DNA of 64,000 nucleotides from Synergistales bacterium (GTDB lineage Bacteria > Synergistota > Synergistia > Synergistales > JAFGMB01). Location: the NCBI GenBank assembly GCA_963666205.1, contig OY762654.1, forward strand, positions 1,920,001 to 1,984,000. Direction: 5' to 3'. Under the pieces are notes generated by a model. It had not been told where the DNA came from, ran no database searches, and was given only the letters and a program-made list of their open reading frames with translations. The translations under genes and the position numbers were made by a program. Positions 39,547 through 49,142 of this stretch are shown piece after piece. Position 1 is the stretch's first letter, and every line of letters starts with the position of its first letter.

Positions 39547-41097
39547 ATGAAATGGTCTGGTAGAAGAGAAGGCTCATTTGTGCTGTTTCTGGCGGTTTGT
39601 ATTCTATTTTCCCCTTTTCCTGCAGTTTCTTTTCCCGCAAATCCAGTTCTGACAGACTCTTTTAATGATTGGAGCAATGCAGGGGAGGAAAACTTTTCAG
39701 GTGGTATTCCGGTAGCCTCTCAAGTTTTCCCGATTTGCTTTGAACCGGCAGATCTGGAGATAGTGCAGAAATTTAATATAAGCCAAGGTGGGGAAATGCT
39801 GGAGGAAAGTGCCGTTCTTCCTGATACGGCAGATCTGCTGAAATATATGCCACCCGTTTCATCCCAGCTGTACCAGGACTGTACAACATTTGCTCTAGCC
39901 TATTACTGTACTTCCTACTGGAATTTCAGGAGTAGAGGTTTATCTCCCGGGAAGGATAACCGTTACCTGGGATCATCGTTATATCTGTTTAACCAGTGTA
40001 ACGGAGGCAGCAATGTTCCCATATCTTTTGCCACTCCCTATTATTTAACGCAGCTTAACGGGTGCTCGCCTCTCAGTACCTTTTCTCCGGGCAATTATTC
40101 ATCATTGCCCGGAATAGAAATTCAGATACAATCTTTGCAGCAGAGAACTTCAGATCTGGAATATATTTATATCTCAAGGAATTACGCCGGAAAGGAGCAA
40201 TATGATCCGGGTGGGGAGCCTTTGTCCTTGTCAGACATCCACAATATCAAATATTATCTCTCTAAAGGTATTCCGGTAATTGTCTCGATCTATATTTACC
40301 CTTCCTTCTTCGATGCCTCGGGCCTCTCCTCAGCATCTGTCTATTATGGTCCCTCCAGACCCTATCCTGAACCTTCAAGTATCCATTCCATAACCATCGC
40401 AGGTTATATGGATGATCCGGAAGCTCCTGGCGGGGGATTTTTCTATCTTCGTAATTCATGGGGCTCTGGTTGGGGATCAGCGGGAGACTGCTGGGTTACT
40501 TATGATTTCATGAAAGAGCATTCCATTGAAGCTTATCCAGTCAAGGGGCTTCAGATCTATAGCCCTGCATTTTTCCTTGTTCTTCAGGTGGAGCATCTTC
40601 ACAGGGGTGATCTTGAAGTTGAAGTTCTTGTAGATGGGGAAAATATTCATACCTATAGTCCCTATGATATGGATCCTGGGGATTCAAGGGAAGATCTTGA
40701 TCTCGTAATTGATCTTACGGATCACATTACAAACAGCACTGATGTAATTGATCTGAAAGTTTCGGATCTTTCAAAGGAAAAAACGGGCATAATCAGGGAA
40801 GCCTTGCTGGTCCATATATTGCCGGAAGGACATATCTCTGCTTCAGACACGGATCCTCCAAAGATGACTGCGGTGGAATTCGAGATCGAAAACCCCGAAA
40901 TTTCAGATGAGGGTTCTGTTCATGGAACTGTTATATTAGATGAAGTCTATTTTGTCGAGATAGAACCCATCCCTGAGCCTGATCAGGTTAAAGTTAACAA
41001 TGGAGGAGGTTCGGGTGGAGGTTGCGATGTTACTGTCAGAACCATTTTCATGGTATTCCTTCTTGTTCCCGCATTTATTCTATATCGCAAAGGATAA
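39547..41097 (+). CDS. C1 (papain-family) cysteine peptidase with CTERM tail
   Basis: SQLYQDCTTFA (Q..C), HSITIAGY (H), RNSWGSGWG (N); P-domain-like HLHRGDL; C-terminus GGGSGGGC-TM-RKG. Confidence 0.9.
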   Translation: MKWSGRREGSFVLFLAVCILFSPFPAVSFPANPVLTDSFNDWSNAGEENFSGGIPVASQVFPICFEPADLEIVQKFNISQGGEMLEESAVLPDTADLLKYMPPVSSQLYQDCTTFALAYYCTSYWNFRSRGLSPGKDNRYLGSSLYLFNQCNGGSNVPISFATPYYLTQLNGCSPLSTFSPGNYSSLPGIEIQIQSLQQRTSDLEYIYISRNYAGKEQYDPGGEPLSLSDIHNIKYYLSKGIPVIVSIYIYPSFFDASGLSSASVYYGPSRPYPEPSSIHSITIAGYMDDPEAPGGGFFYLRNSWGSGWGSAGDCWVTYDFMKEHSIEAYPVKGLQIYSPAFFLVLQVEHLHRGDLEVEVLVDGENIHTYSPYDMDPGDSREDLDLVIDLTDHITNSTDVIDLKVSDLSKEKTGIIREALLVHILPEGHISASDTDPPKMTAVEFEIENPEISDEGSVHGTVILDEVYFVEIEPIPEPDQVKVNNGGGSGGGCDVTVRTIFMVFLLVPAFILYRKG

Positions 41098-41109
41098 CAT
41101 GTTCTTTCC

Positions 41110-41161
41110 CCTGATAACATTTAAAGGCGAGTCTTCAGACTCGCCTTTAAATGTTATCAGG
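41110..41161. terminator. Bidirectional terminator (24-bp perfect stem)
   Basis: CCTGATAACATTTAAAGGCGAGTC-TTCA-GACTCGCCTTTAAATGTTATCAGG between convergent genes. Confidence 0.8.
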
Positions 41162-42157
41162 TTATTGAAGTTTTTCTTCGATAGTTTTTATCTTCTCGGG
41201 GTCTCCCACCCATTCCTTCCACTGTTCCATGTTTTCTTTCAGGAACCAGAGGGCTGCTTTTTCTGCTGAATTATCGTGGTCTTTCATCCATGCTAAAGCC
41301 TGGTTGGTCTGATCCAGGGTCATGTGGTATCTCTCAAGAAGCCCCTTGATTTCCTGGTTCCTGGAAAGCCATTCTGCGTTTATGGCTTTGGCTACGGTGT
41401 ATGAAGGAGAGGCGCAACCGTGGTTCTTTTCCCATATTTCAGGGTTATGGGGAGGTTCACCGATCATTACCATATCCAGCTGGCCAAGCAGGGGAGTGGG
41501 TTCCCAGTAGTAGGCTATAACTGGTTCTCCCTTGTCATAGGCGGCTTTTATGGCTGTTGCAAGGGCAGTTGCAGAACCTGGATCAAAGGGTTCCATAAAT
41601 TCTTTGAGTCCATATGCCTCTATCTTGTCTATGTTAATAGTGTGGGCAGACCATCCTGTCGGAGCATTGTAGAATCGTCCTTTGTTCGGGTTTTCCCGGT
41701 TCTTGAAGATATTCCAGTATTGCTTGAGGTCTTCTACATCTTTCAAGTCAGGGGCTATGGCCTCTATATTTCGTGCCTTATCTCCGTTCATTACATATCG
41801 GGGTACATACCACCCGGATGCGGCATTGGGAAAAACTGTGCCGGCATTGAAAACCTTTCCTGTTGATGTGGCCTTTTCCCACCATTCCTTCTGGGCTTCG
41901 GTCCAGACTTCCATGATAATGTCCAGGTCACCTCGCTCCAGTCCCAGGTAACCGGGCATGGTCTCTGAAAAGGTGTATTCTGCTTTATAATCCCAGCCCT
42001 TTTCAAGCAGAAAAGCCATTACCCTGTTATGGAACTGGATGCTGTCCCAGGACAGGTCTCCGAATACTATACTCTTATCCCCTGCAGCCAGGGATGGTGC
42101 TGTGATACCGGATACTATAAAAAGGCACAGAAATACCACAAGCAGTGAACGTTTCAT
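41162..42157 (-). CDS. Glycine betaine/proline ABC substrate-binding protein (ProX/OpuAC-like)
   Basis: LSWDS, MEVW, PTGW, YYWEPT motifs; signal peptide. Confidence 0.88.
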   Translation of the reverse strand: MKRSLLVVFLCLFIVSGITAPSLAAGDKSIVFGDLSWDSIQFHNRVMAFLLEKGWDYKAEYTFSETMPGYLGLERGDLDIIMEVWTEAQKEWWEKATSTGKVFNAGTVFPNAASGWYVPRYVMNGDKARNIEAIAPDLKDVEDLKQYWNIFKNRENPNKGRFYNAPTGWSAHTINIDKIEAYGLKEFMEPFDPGSATALATAIKAAYDKGEPVIAYYWEPTPLLGQLDMVMIGEPPHNPEIWEKNHGCASPSYTVAKAINAEWLSRNQEIKGLLERYHMTLDQTNQALAWMKDHDNSAEKAALWFLKENMEQWKEWVGDPEKIKTIEEKLQ

Positions 42158-42422
42158 CTCTTATTTCCTCCTTATATTCATATTGAGATATCTATGACGC
42201 AAAAGATTACCTCTATCTGGTAATGTCAAGAGAGTGTGATTGCATATGTTGGAGTTTTTCAGAATATTCATTAACAGGGTGCAGGTGTTTAGCGATACAA
42301 GGGCAAGGTGTTAAATGTCTTTCAAGTATATCATATGCCCTTTGCAGGGGTCTTTATTCAATATCAGATGTTGATCGGTATATTTAAAGTGATAGTCTTA
42401 ATGTGAAAAACTTTTTGCAGGC

Positions 42423-42459
42423 ATGTCATGATCCAGGGTCTTTTGCCGTTTAGCTTTAT
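42423..42459 (+). promoter_or_regulatory. Putative ECF sigma promoter, copy 1
   Basis: ATGTCATGA-N15-CGTTTAGCTTTAT upstream of the ECF gene; both blocks are repeated identically at 48692-48728. Confidence 0.75.
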
Positions 42460-42490
42460 GTAAGGCCCTTGAACAGAAGGAGAGCAGATT

Positions 42491-43018
42491 TTGAATGATG
42501 AAGAACTGATGGAACTTATACAAAATGATGACGAAACTGCATTCAGGATCCTTTATGCTCGATGGTCCAGGCGGATAATGTCCTATGCCTCAAGAGCGCT
42601 ACAGGACAGACGGGAGGCAGAGGATATTGTCCAGGAGACATTTATGGCTCTTTTCAAGTCCCGAAAACGTTACGAGGCCAGAGACCGTTTTCCGTCTTTC
42701 CTCTTCAGGATCGCCGGAAATGCAGTGAGAAACCGATTCCGTACCCGTAGGCCCATCCCGGTTGAAGATCCTGGCGAATTTTGTGAAGAATCTCCTTATA
42801 GCCGGGATATAGAGGCAAAACTGGATATGGAAGAAGCTCTGAGCCGATTGTCCTTTGAACAGAGAGAGGCCCTCCTTCTGGCAGTAATGGGGGGTATGAA
42901 TTACAGGGAGATAGGAGTTATGACCGGAAGTTCCGAATCGGCAGTAGCACAGAGAATATGCAGAGCCCGGCGGAGGCTTTACGACATAATGGTTCCACCG
43001 GAGGAGGTGGCGAAATAA
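42491..43018 (+). CDS. ECF RNA polymerase sigma factor
   Basis: EAEDIVQETF region 2, FLFRIAGN, region 4 MNYREIG...RARRRL. Confidence 0.93.
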   Translation: MNDEELMELIQNDDETAFRILYARWSRRIMSYASRALQDRREAEDIVQETFMALFKSRKRYEARDRFPSFLFRIAGNAVRNRFRTRRPIPVEDPGEFCEESPYSRDIEAKLDMEEALSRLSFEQREALLLAVMGGMNYREIGVMTGSSESAVAQRICRARRRLYDIMVPPEEVAK

Positions 43019-43666
43019 ATGAATAATATATGCAGGGAAATGGAAATGCTCGTATCTTCAATGCTTGATGGGGAGATCTCTTCCAGTGAAAAGGAAGTCC
43101 TTTTCCTCCACCTGGGGGAGTGTTTACACTGCAGGAGATTTTATGAAGAACAGCGGAAATATCATGAATTTATGGGGCGAACCCGGGATGATCTTGATGT
43201 GCCGGCCTGTCCTTCTCTTTCAGAACAGCATGCAAAGATTATTCGGATGCCCCGCTATCTGCAGATCGGTGCAGCGGTCATCCTTCTGGCACTATCTTTT
43301 TATGGAGGTTTCTTATCAGGGGATAAAAAGGCTCTGGAAAGGATCCCAACCTATGCGAGGGTGGGAGCCCCTGCCGTATGGGCCAGAAATTCTTCTCTCC
43401 CTATGGAGATGGATAGAAAACAGTTATCCCCCCTTCAGGACCTTATCTCGGAATACCAGTTCCAGATAGGCAACGAGCTTGGCAGGGATGAAGTCAACTG
43501 GCAAAAGGTAAGAACCATGCTTGATACCCTCGGTTCATTGAGGACGGATCTTGAGCTGCTTTCCCTTCAGATGGGTTTCATGGACGGAGCTCTTCAGAAC
43601 AGAAATTCTCCCCGGAACACATGGTTGCAGTTGCTGGGAGTTAATAGAAAGGAAGAGTCCCTTTAG
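43019..43666 (+). CDS. Zinc-finger (ZAS) transmembrane anti-sigma factor
   Basis: C...LDGE...HLGECLHC motif, single TM, extracytoplasmic C-domain. Confidence 0.88.
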   Translation: MNNICREMEMLVSSMLDGEISSSEKEVLFLHLGECLHCRRFYEEQRKYHEFMGRTRDDLDVPACPSLSEQHAKIIRMPRYLQIGAAVILLALSFYGGFLSGDKKALERIPTYARVGAPAVWARNSSLPMEMDRKQLSPLQDLISEYQFQIGNELGRDEVNWQKVRTMLDTLGSLRTDLELLSLQMGFMDGALQNRNSPRNTWLQLLGVNRKEESL

Positions 43667-43691
43667 AGGACTTTCCAGGAGGTGGATGTCA

Positions 43692-44411
43692 ATGTCAGAT
43701 AAAAGAGTGAAAGGTATCCTGATCGCATTACTGGCCGCGGTAGTAGTATTCGGCAGTTTTCCTGCCCTGGCTGAAGAAGAACAGTCAGTTATGTTCAGGA
43801 GCATGGTCCAGACAATGATGGGACAAGGTTTGAGAGAAGAGGTCGCAAATAGAATTGCAAATAATAACAGATTTATGGTTCAGATGTGTGTTGACCAGAT
43901 AGAAAAGGACCAGCTGCAGACCAGGGATCAGATACAGACAAAAGACCAGTTACAGATCCGGGATAACGTAAGTGAAAGGGTCGGTTCAGCCTTTGGTCTT
44001 GCCCTTGCTGCCAGTTATCGGAATCAGGGAGAAGAGAAAACCTTCCAGACAGGCATGGCAGTGTTTTCTTCAATAAGAAGAGGGTTATCCCCTGAAGGAG
44101 CAGCTTCTTCTGTAGAAGTTCTTGCAGAGAACGATTATGAAGTGGAGCAGATGTACAGGGTGATGATGAGGCTCACTGAACAGTTGAGAAATTCCGTCAA
44201 TTGTGATGAAGAGTGCCTTATGACCCAGTTGCGAACCATGGCCCAGGAAAGGCTTTCTGTAGGTGCTATGGAGGATAAAATAGCCGAAGAGGCAAGATCT
44301 GGCAATGGTGCAGGACAATCCGGGTCATCGGAAAATGCCCCTCAGACCGGGAAAAATCAGGGCCAGGGCAGTTCCGGATCTTCCGAAGGAGCCCATGGCA
44401 AAGGGAAATAG
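43692..44411 (+). CDS. Secreted protein with DQxQTR repeats and Gly/Ser/Gln tail
   Basis: AGGAGG RBS; signal peptide ending ALA; DQLQTR-DQIQTK-DQLQIR-D repeats. Confidence 0.8.
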   Translation: MSDKRVKGILIALLAAVVVFGSFPALAEEEQSVMFRSMVQTMMGQGLREEVANRIANNNRFMVQMCVDQIEKDQLQTRDQIQTKDQLQIRDNVSERVGSAFGLALAASYRNQGEEKTFQTGMAVFSSIRRGLSPEGAASSVEVLAENDYEVEQMYRVMMRLTEQLRNSVNCDEECLMTQLRTMAQERLSVGAMEDKIAEEARSGNGAGQSGSSENAPQTGKNQGQGSSGSSEGAHGKGK

Positions 44412-44446
44412 GCGGTTTTCTCTATAGCTTATAATTGACATTTCCG

Positions 44447-44482
44447 AAGGCCGGACCCCATGAAGGGACGGCCTTTTCTTTT
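44447..44482 (+). terminator. Intrinsic terminator after ECF operon
   Basis: AAGGCCG...CGGCCTT stem plus T run. Confidence 0.65.
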
Positions 44483-44570
44483 TGCCGTAATGATACTCCA
44501 ATATGGTATAACATATTGGGCAATGATATAATGATTGGCATTAACAGATAAATAAAAGGAGGTATGAGCC

Positions 44571-45098
44571 TTGTCCCTTAACAATAAACAAAAACCCATG
44601 GATCCCTATCTTGCCGGGGCTTTTGCAGGATTGCTGGCTGTTATGTCAGTTGCTGTTGCAGGAAAATATCTTGGTGCTTCCACCACCTTTGCCCGACTTG
44701 GCGGTTCAGTTGAAGCTCTTGTTTTACCCCATCGAGTTGAAGGTCTCTCCTATTTCCAGAAATATCCTTTCAAAATTGACTGGCAGCTTCTTTTCGTTGC
44801 AGGAATTGTATTGGGGTCCTTTCTGTCATCCATGTTCTCAGGAACCTTCAAATTCCAGGCTGTGCCTGATATGTGGAATTCACATTTCGGGTCTTCGAAA
44901 ATCCAACGGATGATTGTAGCTTTTATTGGAGGTATGATAGCCATTTTCGGAGCAAGACTTGCAGGGGGATGTCCTTCCGGTCATGGGCTGAGTGGTCTCA
45001 TGCAGATGTCCTTAAGCGGTTTTGTATCACTTGCCTGTTTCTTCATCGGTGGGGCCATAGTGGCCCGGATGCTTTATGGAAGGAGGGCTGCCAGATGA
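44571..45098 (+). CDS. YeeE/YedE family (thiosulfate/sulfur transporter-like) half, subunit 1
   Basis: LGASTT, FGARLAGGCPSGHG; TTG start with AGGAGG RBS. Confidence 0.9.
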   Translation: MSLNNKQKPMDPYLAGAFAGLLAVMSVAVAGKYLGASTTFARLGGSVEALVLPHRVEGLSYFQKYPFKIDWQLLFVAGIVLGSFLSSMFSGTFKFQAVPDMWNSHFGSSKIQRMIVAFIGGMIAIFGARLAGGCPSGHGLSGLMQMSLSGFVSLACFFIGGAIVARMLYGRRAAR

Positions 45099-45625
45099 AC
45101 ACACAGCTTGTCGCGGGTCTTGTAACAGGTATAGTATTCGGCATTCTCCTTCAGAGTTCCGAGGTTATCCGCTATGACCGTCAGGTGGGAGCGGTGAGGC
45201 TTATTGATATGACCATAGTCAAGTTCATGCTTTCCGCCATTATTGTAGGGATGGTTGGAATTTATCAGCTTTATACCCTGGATATTATCAAGCTCAGCGT
45301 TAAGGGGACTGTTCTTGGTTCGAATATAGCTGGGGGATTGATCTTCGGTGCAGGATGGGCTCTCCTTGGATATTGTCCAGGCACTGCAGCCGCTGCCTTG
45401 GGTGAGGGGAGAACAGATGCCCTTTTTGGCATGATGGGAATGGTATGTGGAGCAATGCTTTTTGCAGAATTCTATCCTTCGACCGGGACCGGTATTTTAG
45501 CCATGGGAAATCTGGGTAAGGTCACTATTCCCATGATGACGGGACTGGATCCCTGGCTGCTTATTCCCGTCTTTTCTGCTCTTTATTTCCTGTTCTTTGA
45601 TTTTTTCGAAAACAAGGGTTTATGA
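45095..45625 (+). CDS. YeeE/YedE family half, subunit 2
   Basis: GIVFGILLQ, GGLIFGAGWALLGYCPGT; ATGA overlap with the upstream gene. Confidence 0.9.
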   Translation: MNTQLVAGLVTGIVFGILLQSSEVIRYDRQVGAVRLIDMTIVKFMLSAIIVGMVGIYQLYTLDIIKLSVKGTVLGSNIAGGLIFGAGWALLGYCPGTAAAALGEGRTDALFGMMGMVCGAMLFAEFYPSTGTGILAMGNLGKVTIPMMTGLDPWLLIPVFSALYFLFFDFFENKGL

Positions 45626-45660
45626 AACAGTATTTTTTTGGGATTTAACATTGGAAGTAC

Positions 45661-45690
45661 CAAGGGGATAGGTCAAAACCTATCCCCTTG
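45661..45690. terminator. Hairpin terminator between convergent genes
   Basis: CAAGGGGATAGGT/ACCTATCCCCTTG. Confidence 0.72.
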
Positions 45691-45757
45691 AAGTTGATTA
45701 AGTTAGGTAAGAAATAATCACCAGACCCACTTCTATATTATCAGTTATCCTGATGTC

Positions 45758-46924
45758 TTATTTGAAAAGAGAGAACAGGGGTAACAGGAGAAGTAAAGAA
45801 CCAGGAATGAACTCAACTGTTGCACATCCTCCGCTTGAACTGACTTCGTCCCAGGAAAATTCTAACGCTACCTCCTGAGGCTGAAATTGCTCTGGAACAT
45901 TCGGCTTTGTCTCTGTTACATAGACCGAGAAAGTACCATCAAGCTCATTTATCCTGTATTGGTTAGAATTAGCTGGTTCTCCAACGTTGCTAAAGGGAGT
46001 GACAATAACCGATACACCAGCTCCGAATACACTTGGATATTCAGGATTACCAATCAGTGCAAGCTGGGGCTCTCCCCCTTCTGGCCCAAGCCACCGATCA
46101 AAATTGTCTGAGATGAATTGCGCTTCGGGTGATTCGTCCAGGTCAAGTTCACTGGTACTCCAGTTCTGGATGACGATATAGAGGTATTCATCTGAATTGC
46201 GGTTCTTGGTGAAATGATATTCACCTTCAAGGGTTTCTGTTTCCCATACGCCAAGAACCTCGGAAAAGGGAGAACCGTCGTGGTGGGTAAATATATTATC
46301 AGTAGGTACCGTTCCCGAGAGGGCTATGATCTTATACCTGTTACCCTCATCGCTGAGTCTTGTAGCTCCCAGACCCATTTCAGCTCCACCATCATCGATA
46401 TTCCCTGCAATAAGATCAGAAACCAGCAGCCGTCTTTCGGGGTCCTCGCCAGCATAATCATTAAAATTCCAGATAATCGCAGATGGAATTGAATTATCTG
46501 TTGTGAGGGATGGCCATTCAATGCTATTTCCCTTAAAAAAGACTTCAGGGGCTGGATCATTTTCATAGCTCAAAGCATATTCATCTGTAGAAAGTGTAAT
46601 AGATAAGGAATTCCCCGAAAATTCATTAACAGGTAAAACTGTCCTGACCATAAGGAAATCGATTTCATCAGAAGTTGGATTCCATACAAAACTCGCCTCT
46701 TCCCCTGATTCTTCGAGGAGAATATCAAATGAATCAGAAGAATATAATATATCGAGAGTTGGAAATCCATCACCTTCAGTAATCTGGCCTACAAGTATGT
46801 CCGTATCTCCTGCCAGGAGCCCGATGTTAAAGGGTAAGGCAGCCGCCATTGAAAAAGAACATGATAATAGGATGAACATCGCCGCTGCAATTCCGGTTAA
46901 AAGAGCGCGTCTTTTCAATTTCAA
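45758..46924 (-). CDS. Acidic exported protein with CTERM tail, function unknown
   Basis: Signal peptide; C-terminus SSSGGC-ATVEFIPGSLLLLLPLFSLFK. TTG start at 46924 or 46918. Confidence 0.82.
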   Translation of the reverse strand: MKLKRRALLTGIAAAMFILLSCSFSMAAALPFNIGLLAGDTDILVGQITEGDGFPTLDILYSSDSFDILLEESGEEASFVWNPTSDEIDFLMVRTVLPVNEFSGNSLSITLSTDEYALSYENDPAPEVFFKGNSIEWPSLTTDNSIPSAIIWNFNDYAGEDPERRLLVSDLIAGNIDDGGAEMGLGATRLSDEGNRYKIIALSGTVPTDNIFTHHDGSPFSEVLGVWETETLEGEYHFTKNRNSDEYLYIVIQNWSTSELDLDESPEAQFISDNFDRWLGPEGGEPQLALIGNPEYPSVFGAGVSVIVTPFSNVGEPANSNQYRINELDGTFSVYVTETKPNVPEQFQPQEVALEFSWDEVSSSGGCATVEFIPGSLLLLLPLFSLFK

Positions 46925-47609
46925 TCCCTCCTGTTCATGATCAATAAAATTTTGAGATCAGGTATTACGGCATCGCTTAGCTATAGAATGAAACATTGTA
47001 AAACTGAAAAACTGAAAGTAAACCAGGGAAAAACATGTTCTGACGTCGAATGCTTGAATATTGAGGAATTGTTGGAGGAGATACGGCGAAGTTAAGGAAG
47101 AAACAAAGTAGAAGAATGCGCAAATGTCTTTCCTTGTCTTTAATGTAACCAGATTCGGGATTTTTTCACCAGTGTCCTGAGAACTATTTTCAATTAGGCC
47201 GATCGTTACATATTGTATGATTTGTGTGTTGCAATAAGAAAAATAGGTTTGTGTTTTATCCATTGTCTCCAGTGAAAGCGGAAGAAATATTTTTAATGTT
47301 CTCGAAAAACAGGAGTTTTGGGAAGCAACAAAGGGAAGTCTATTATTTGCTGATTTGACAGTCCGTCTATCTGAATCTATTATTTACTGTGTTAATTGAA
47401 CGTAGTGAATATTATAATTGAAGTCTATTCTTATTATTCCCTTCTCATTATTTTCTCGGATAGATCTATCCTCATATTTGCCTCCATTAAATATACCTTT
47501 TACCCTCTTTGCTTATTTATTCCAGGCCTTTAGTTATCCAGATGTACAGTCATGCGATGTTAAGCAACTGATCTCAGATTTTACAGCTTTATCTCAGGGA
47601 GGGATCCTG

Positions 47610-48692
47610 ATGAAAAGATCATGGGACTCTATTTTCGCAGTTGTGCTGGCACTGCTCTTATTTGGGGCCGGAATGGTCCTTGCCCAGGAGCAGCTGGTTT
47701 CCCTATATGTGTTTGAAGAAGTGTCAAATTCAGATGTTGTCTGGACTGGAGTTGCTGTTTCGAAGGAAGGGAGGATATTTGTCAATTTCCCGAGATGGTC
47801 ACCTCTTCACGGAATATCAGTAGCAGAGATAACTGCCAGTGGAGATGTGATCCCTTACCCTGATGAGAACATGAATAAATGGGATCCTTCTATGAAACCC
47901 AATGGCCATTTTATATGTGTTCAGAGTGTTTACATTGATGATTCCAATGGTCTTTGGGTTTTAGACTCCGCAAGTCCCCTGATAGAGGGGACCATTGAAG
48001 GAGGTCCCAAACTTGTAAGGATCGATCTGGAAAAGAACAGAGTAGTCCAGAAGATCGTTTTTGGACCAGTTATTGCACCAAAGGAGAGTTATCTGAATGA
48101 TGTAAGAATAGATCCTAAAGAAAATTATGCCTATATCACAGATTCTGGTACGGGAGCTATTGTTGTTGTGGACCTTTCCACAGGAAAGAGCAGACGAGTC
48201 CTCTATGATCATTATTCAACCAAGGCCGAAGGTATAACCCTTGTGATCGAGGGTCGCGAATTTCAGCTGGATGTACATGCAGACGGGATAGCCCTGGATC
48301 CGCAGAGGGAATATCTCTATTTCCAGGCTCTTGCAGGGCGCAATCTTTACCGGATAGGGACCAGATGGCTCAGGGACGATTCCCTGAAGGAGGAAGACCT
48401 GGGAAAAATGGTTGAGTTTGTTGGAACCACAGGAGCGGCGGATGGTATAGCCTTCGGAAGGGACGGGAAGTTGTACCTTACTTCCATCGAATATAATGCT
48501 ATCCGGCGTTTTGATCCCGAAAGCGGGAATACAGAGGTAGTTCTGTGGGATGAAAAGATAAAATGGCCTGACAGTTTTTCTGTTACTCCCGATGGCACCA
48601 TATATTTCACTGTTTCTCAGCTTCATCTGGATGAACCTGGAGAGCCCTACAGGATATTCAGGTTTAAACCGGAAAGTCTTCAGAATAAATAA
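47610..48692 (+). CDS. Major royal jelly/yellow-like beta-propeller secreted protein
   Basis: GRIFVNFPRW, VQSVYID, LWVLDS, YLNDVRID, YITDSG, ADGIA, WPDSF; GGAGG RBS. Confidence 0.88.
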   Translation: MKRSWDSIFAVVLALLLFGAGMVLAQEQLVSLYVFEEVSNSDVVWTGVAVSKEGRIFVNFPRWSPLHGISVAEITASGDVIPYPDENMNKWDPSMKPNGHFICVQSVYIDDSNGLWVLDSASPLIEGTIEGGPKLVRIDLEKNRVVQKIVFGPVIAPKESYLNDVRIDPKENYAYITDSGTGAIVVVDLSTGKSRRVLYDHYSTKAEGITLVIEGREFQLDVHADGIALDPQREYLYFQALAGRNLYRIGTRWLRDDSLKEEDLGKMVEFVGTTGAADGIAFGRDGKLYLTSIEYNAIRRFDPESGNTEVVLWDEKIKWPDSFSVTPDGTIYFTVSQLHLDEPGEPYRIFRFKPESLQNK

Positions 48693-48728
48693 TGTCATGA
48701 AATCCCTTTCTTCAACGTTTAGCTTTAT
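48692..48728 (+). promoter_or_regulatory. Putative ECF sigma promoter, copy 2
   Basis: ATGTCATGA-N15-CGTTTAGCTTTAT; blocks and spacing identical to copy 1, spacer sequence different. Confidence 0.75.
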
Positions 48729-48790
48729 ATCACTGATTCCCTTTGTCCAAAGGTCGAAGGGGGTACAACTTTTCCGGGAGGTTAAGATCC

Positions 48791-48931
48791 ATGAAAAAAC
48801 TTCTTCTTTTCATGAGTATTCTGCTTGTACTTTCTTTGTTGGCAGGATGTGCCATAGCTGGTGGTGGACAGAATTGTGGAACTATAGGGAAGGGAAATGT
48901 GAATCAGCAAGAGAATCGGGTGAATCAGTAA
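48791..48931 (+). CDS. 46-aa secreted peptide or small lipoprotein
   Basis: GGGAGG RBS; MKKLLLFMSILLVLSLLAGCAIA signal (LAGC lipobox or AIA SPase I site) plus GGGQNCGTIGKGNVNQQENRVNQ. Confidence 0.72.
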   Translation: MKKLLLFMSILLVLSLLAGCAIAGGGQNCGTIGKGNVNQQENRVNQ

Positions 48932-49031
48932 GCTGTAAGTCGGAGAACGGTTTCATTTATCGTGATTGCTGATAAGTGTGAATTCTTTCAGGGCCCCTCG
49001 CTTCTAATGAAGGGTCCTTTTCTTATTCATA

Positions 49032-49060
49032 TTGACAAAATTCAGGAATTCAGATACCCT
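49032..49060 (+). promoter_or_regulatory. Sigma70-type trp promoter
   Basis: TTGACA-17 bp-TACCCT upstream of the leader ORF. Confidence 0.55.
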
Positions 49061-49094
49061 GTACCGTAATTTATATCAGAAAGAGGTATTTACC

Positions 49095-49142
49095 ATGTTG
49101 ATAATTACAACTACTCGCAACTGGTGGTGGCAGGCCTTCTAA
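49095..49142 (+). CDS. trpL: trp operon leader peptide
   Basis: MLIITTTRNWWWQAF* with three tandem Trp codons; GAGG RBS; upstream of trpCBA. Confidence 0.88.
   Translation: MLIITTTRNWWWQAF

Noticed and set aside
46958-47609. 101-aa minus ORF and the 64-aa N-terminal extension of the MRJP-like ORF
   Set aside because: Low-complexity AT-rich intergenic sequence; the real start with GGAGG RBS and signal peptide is at 47610.
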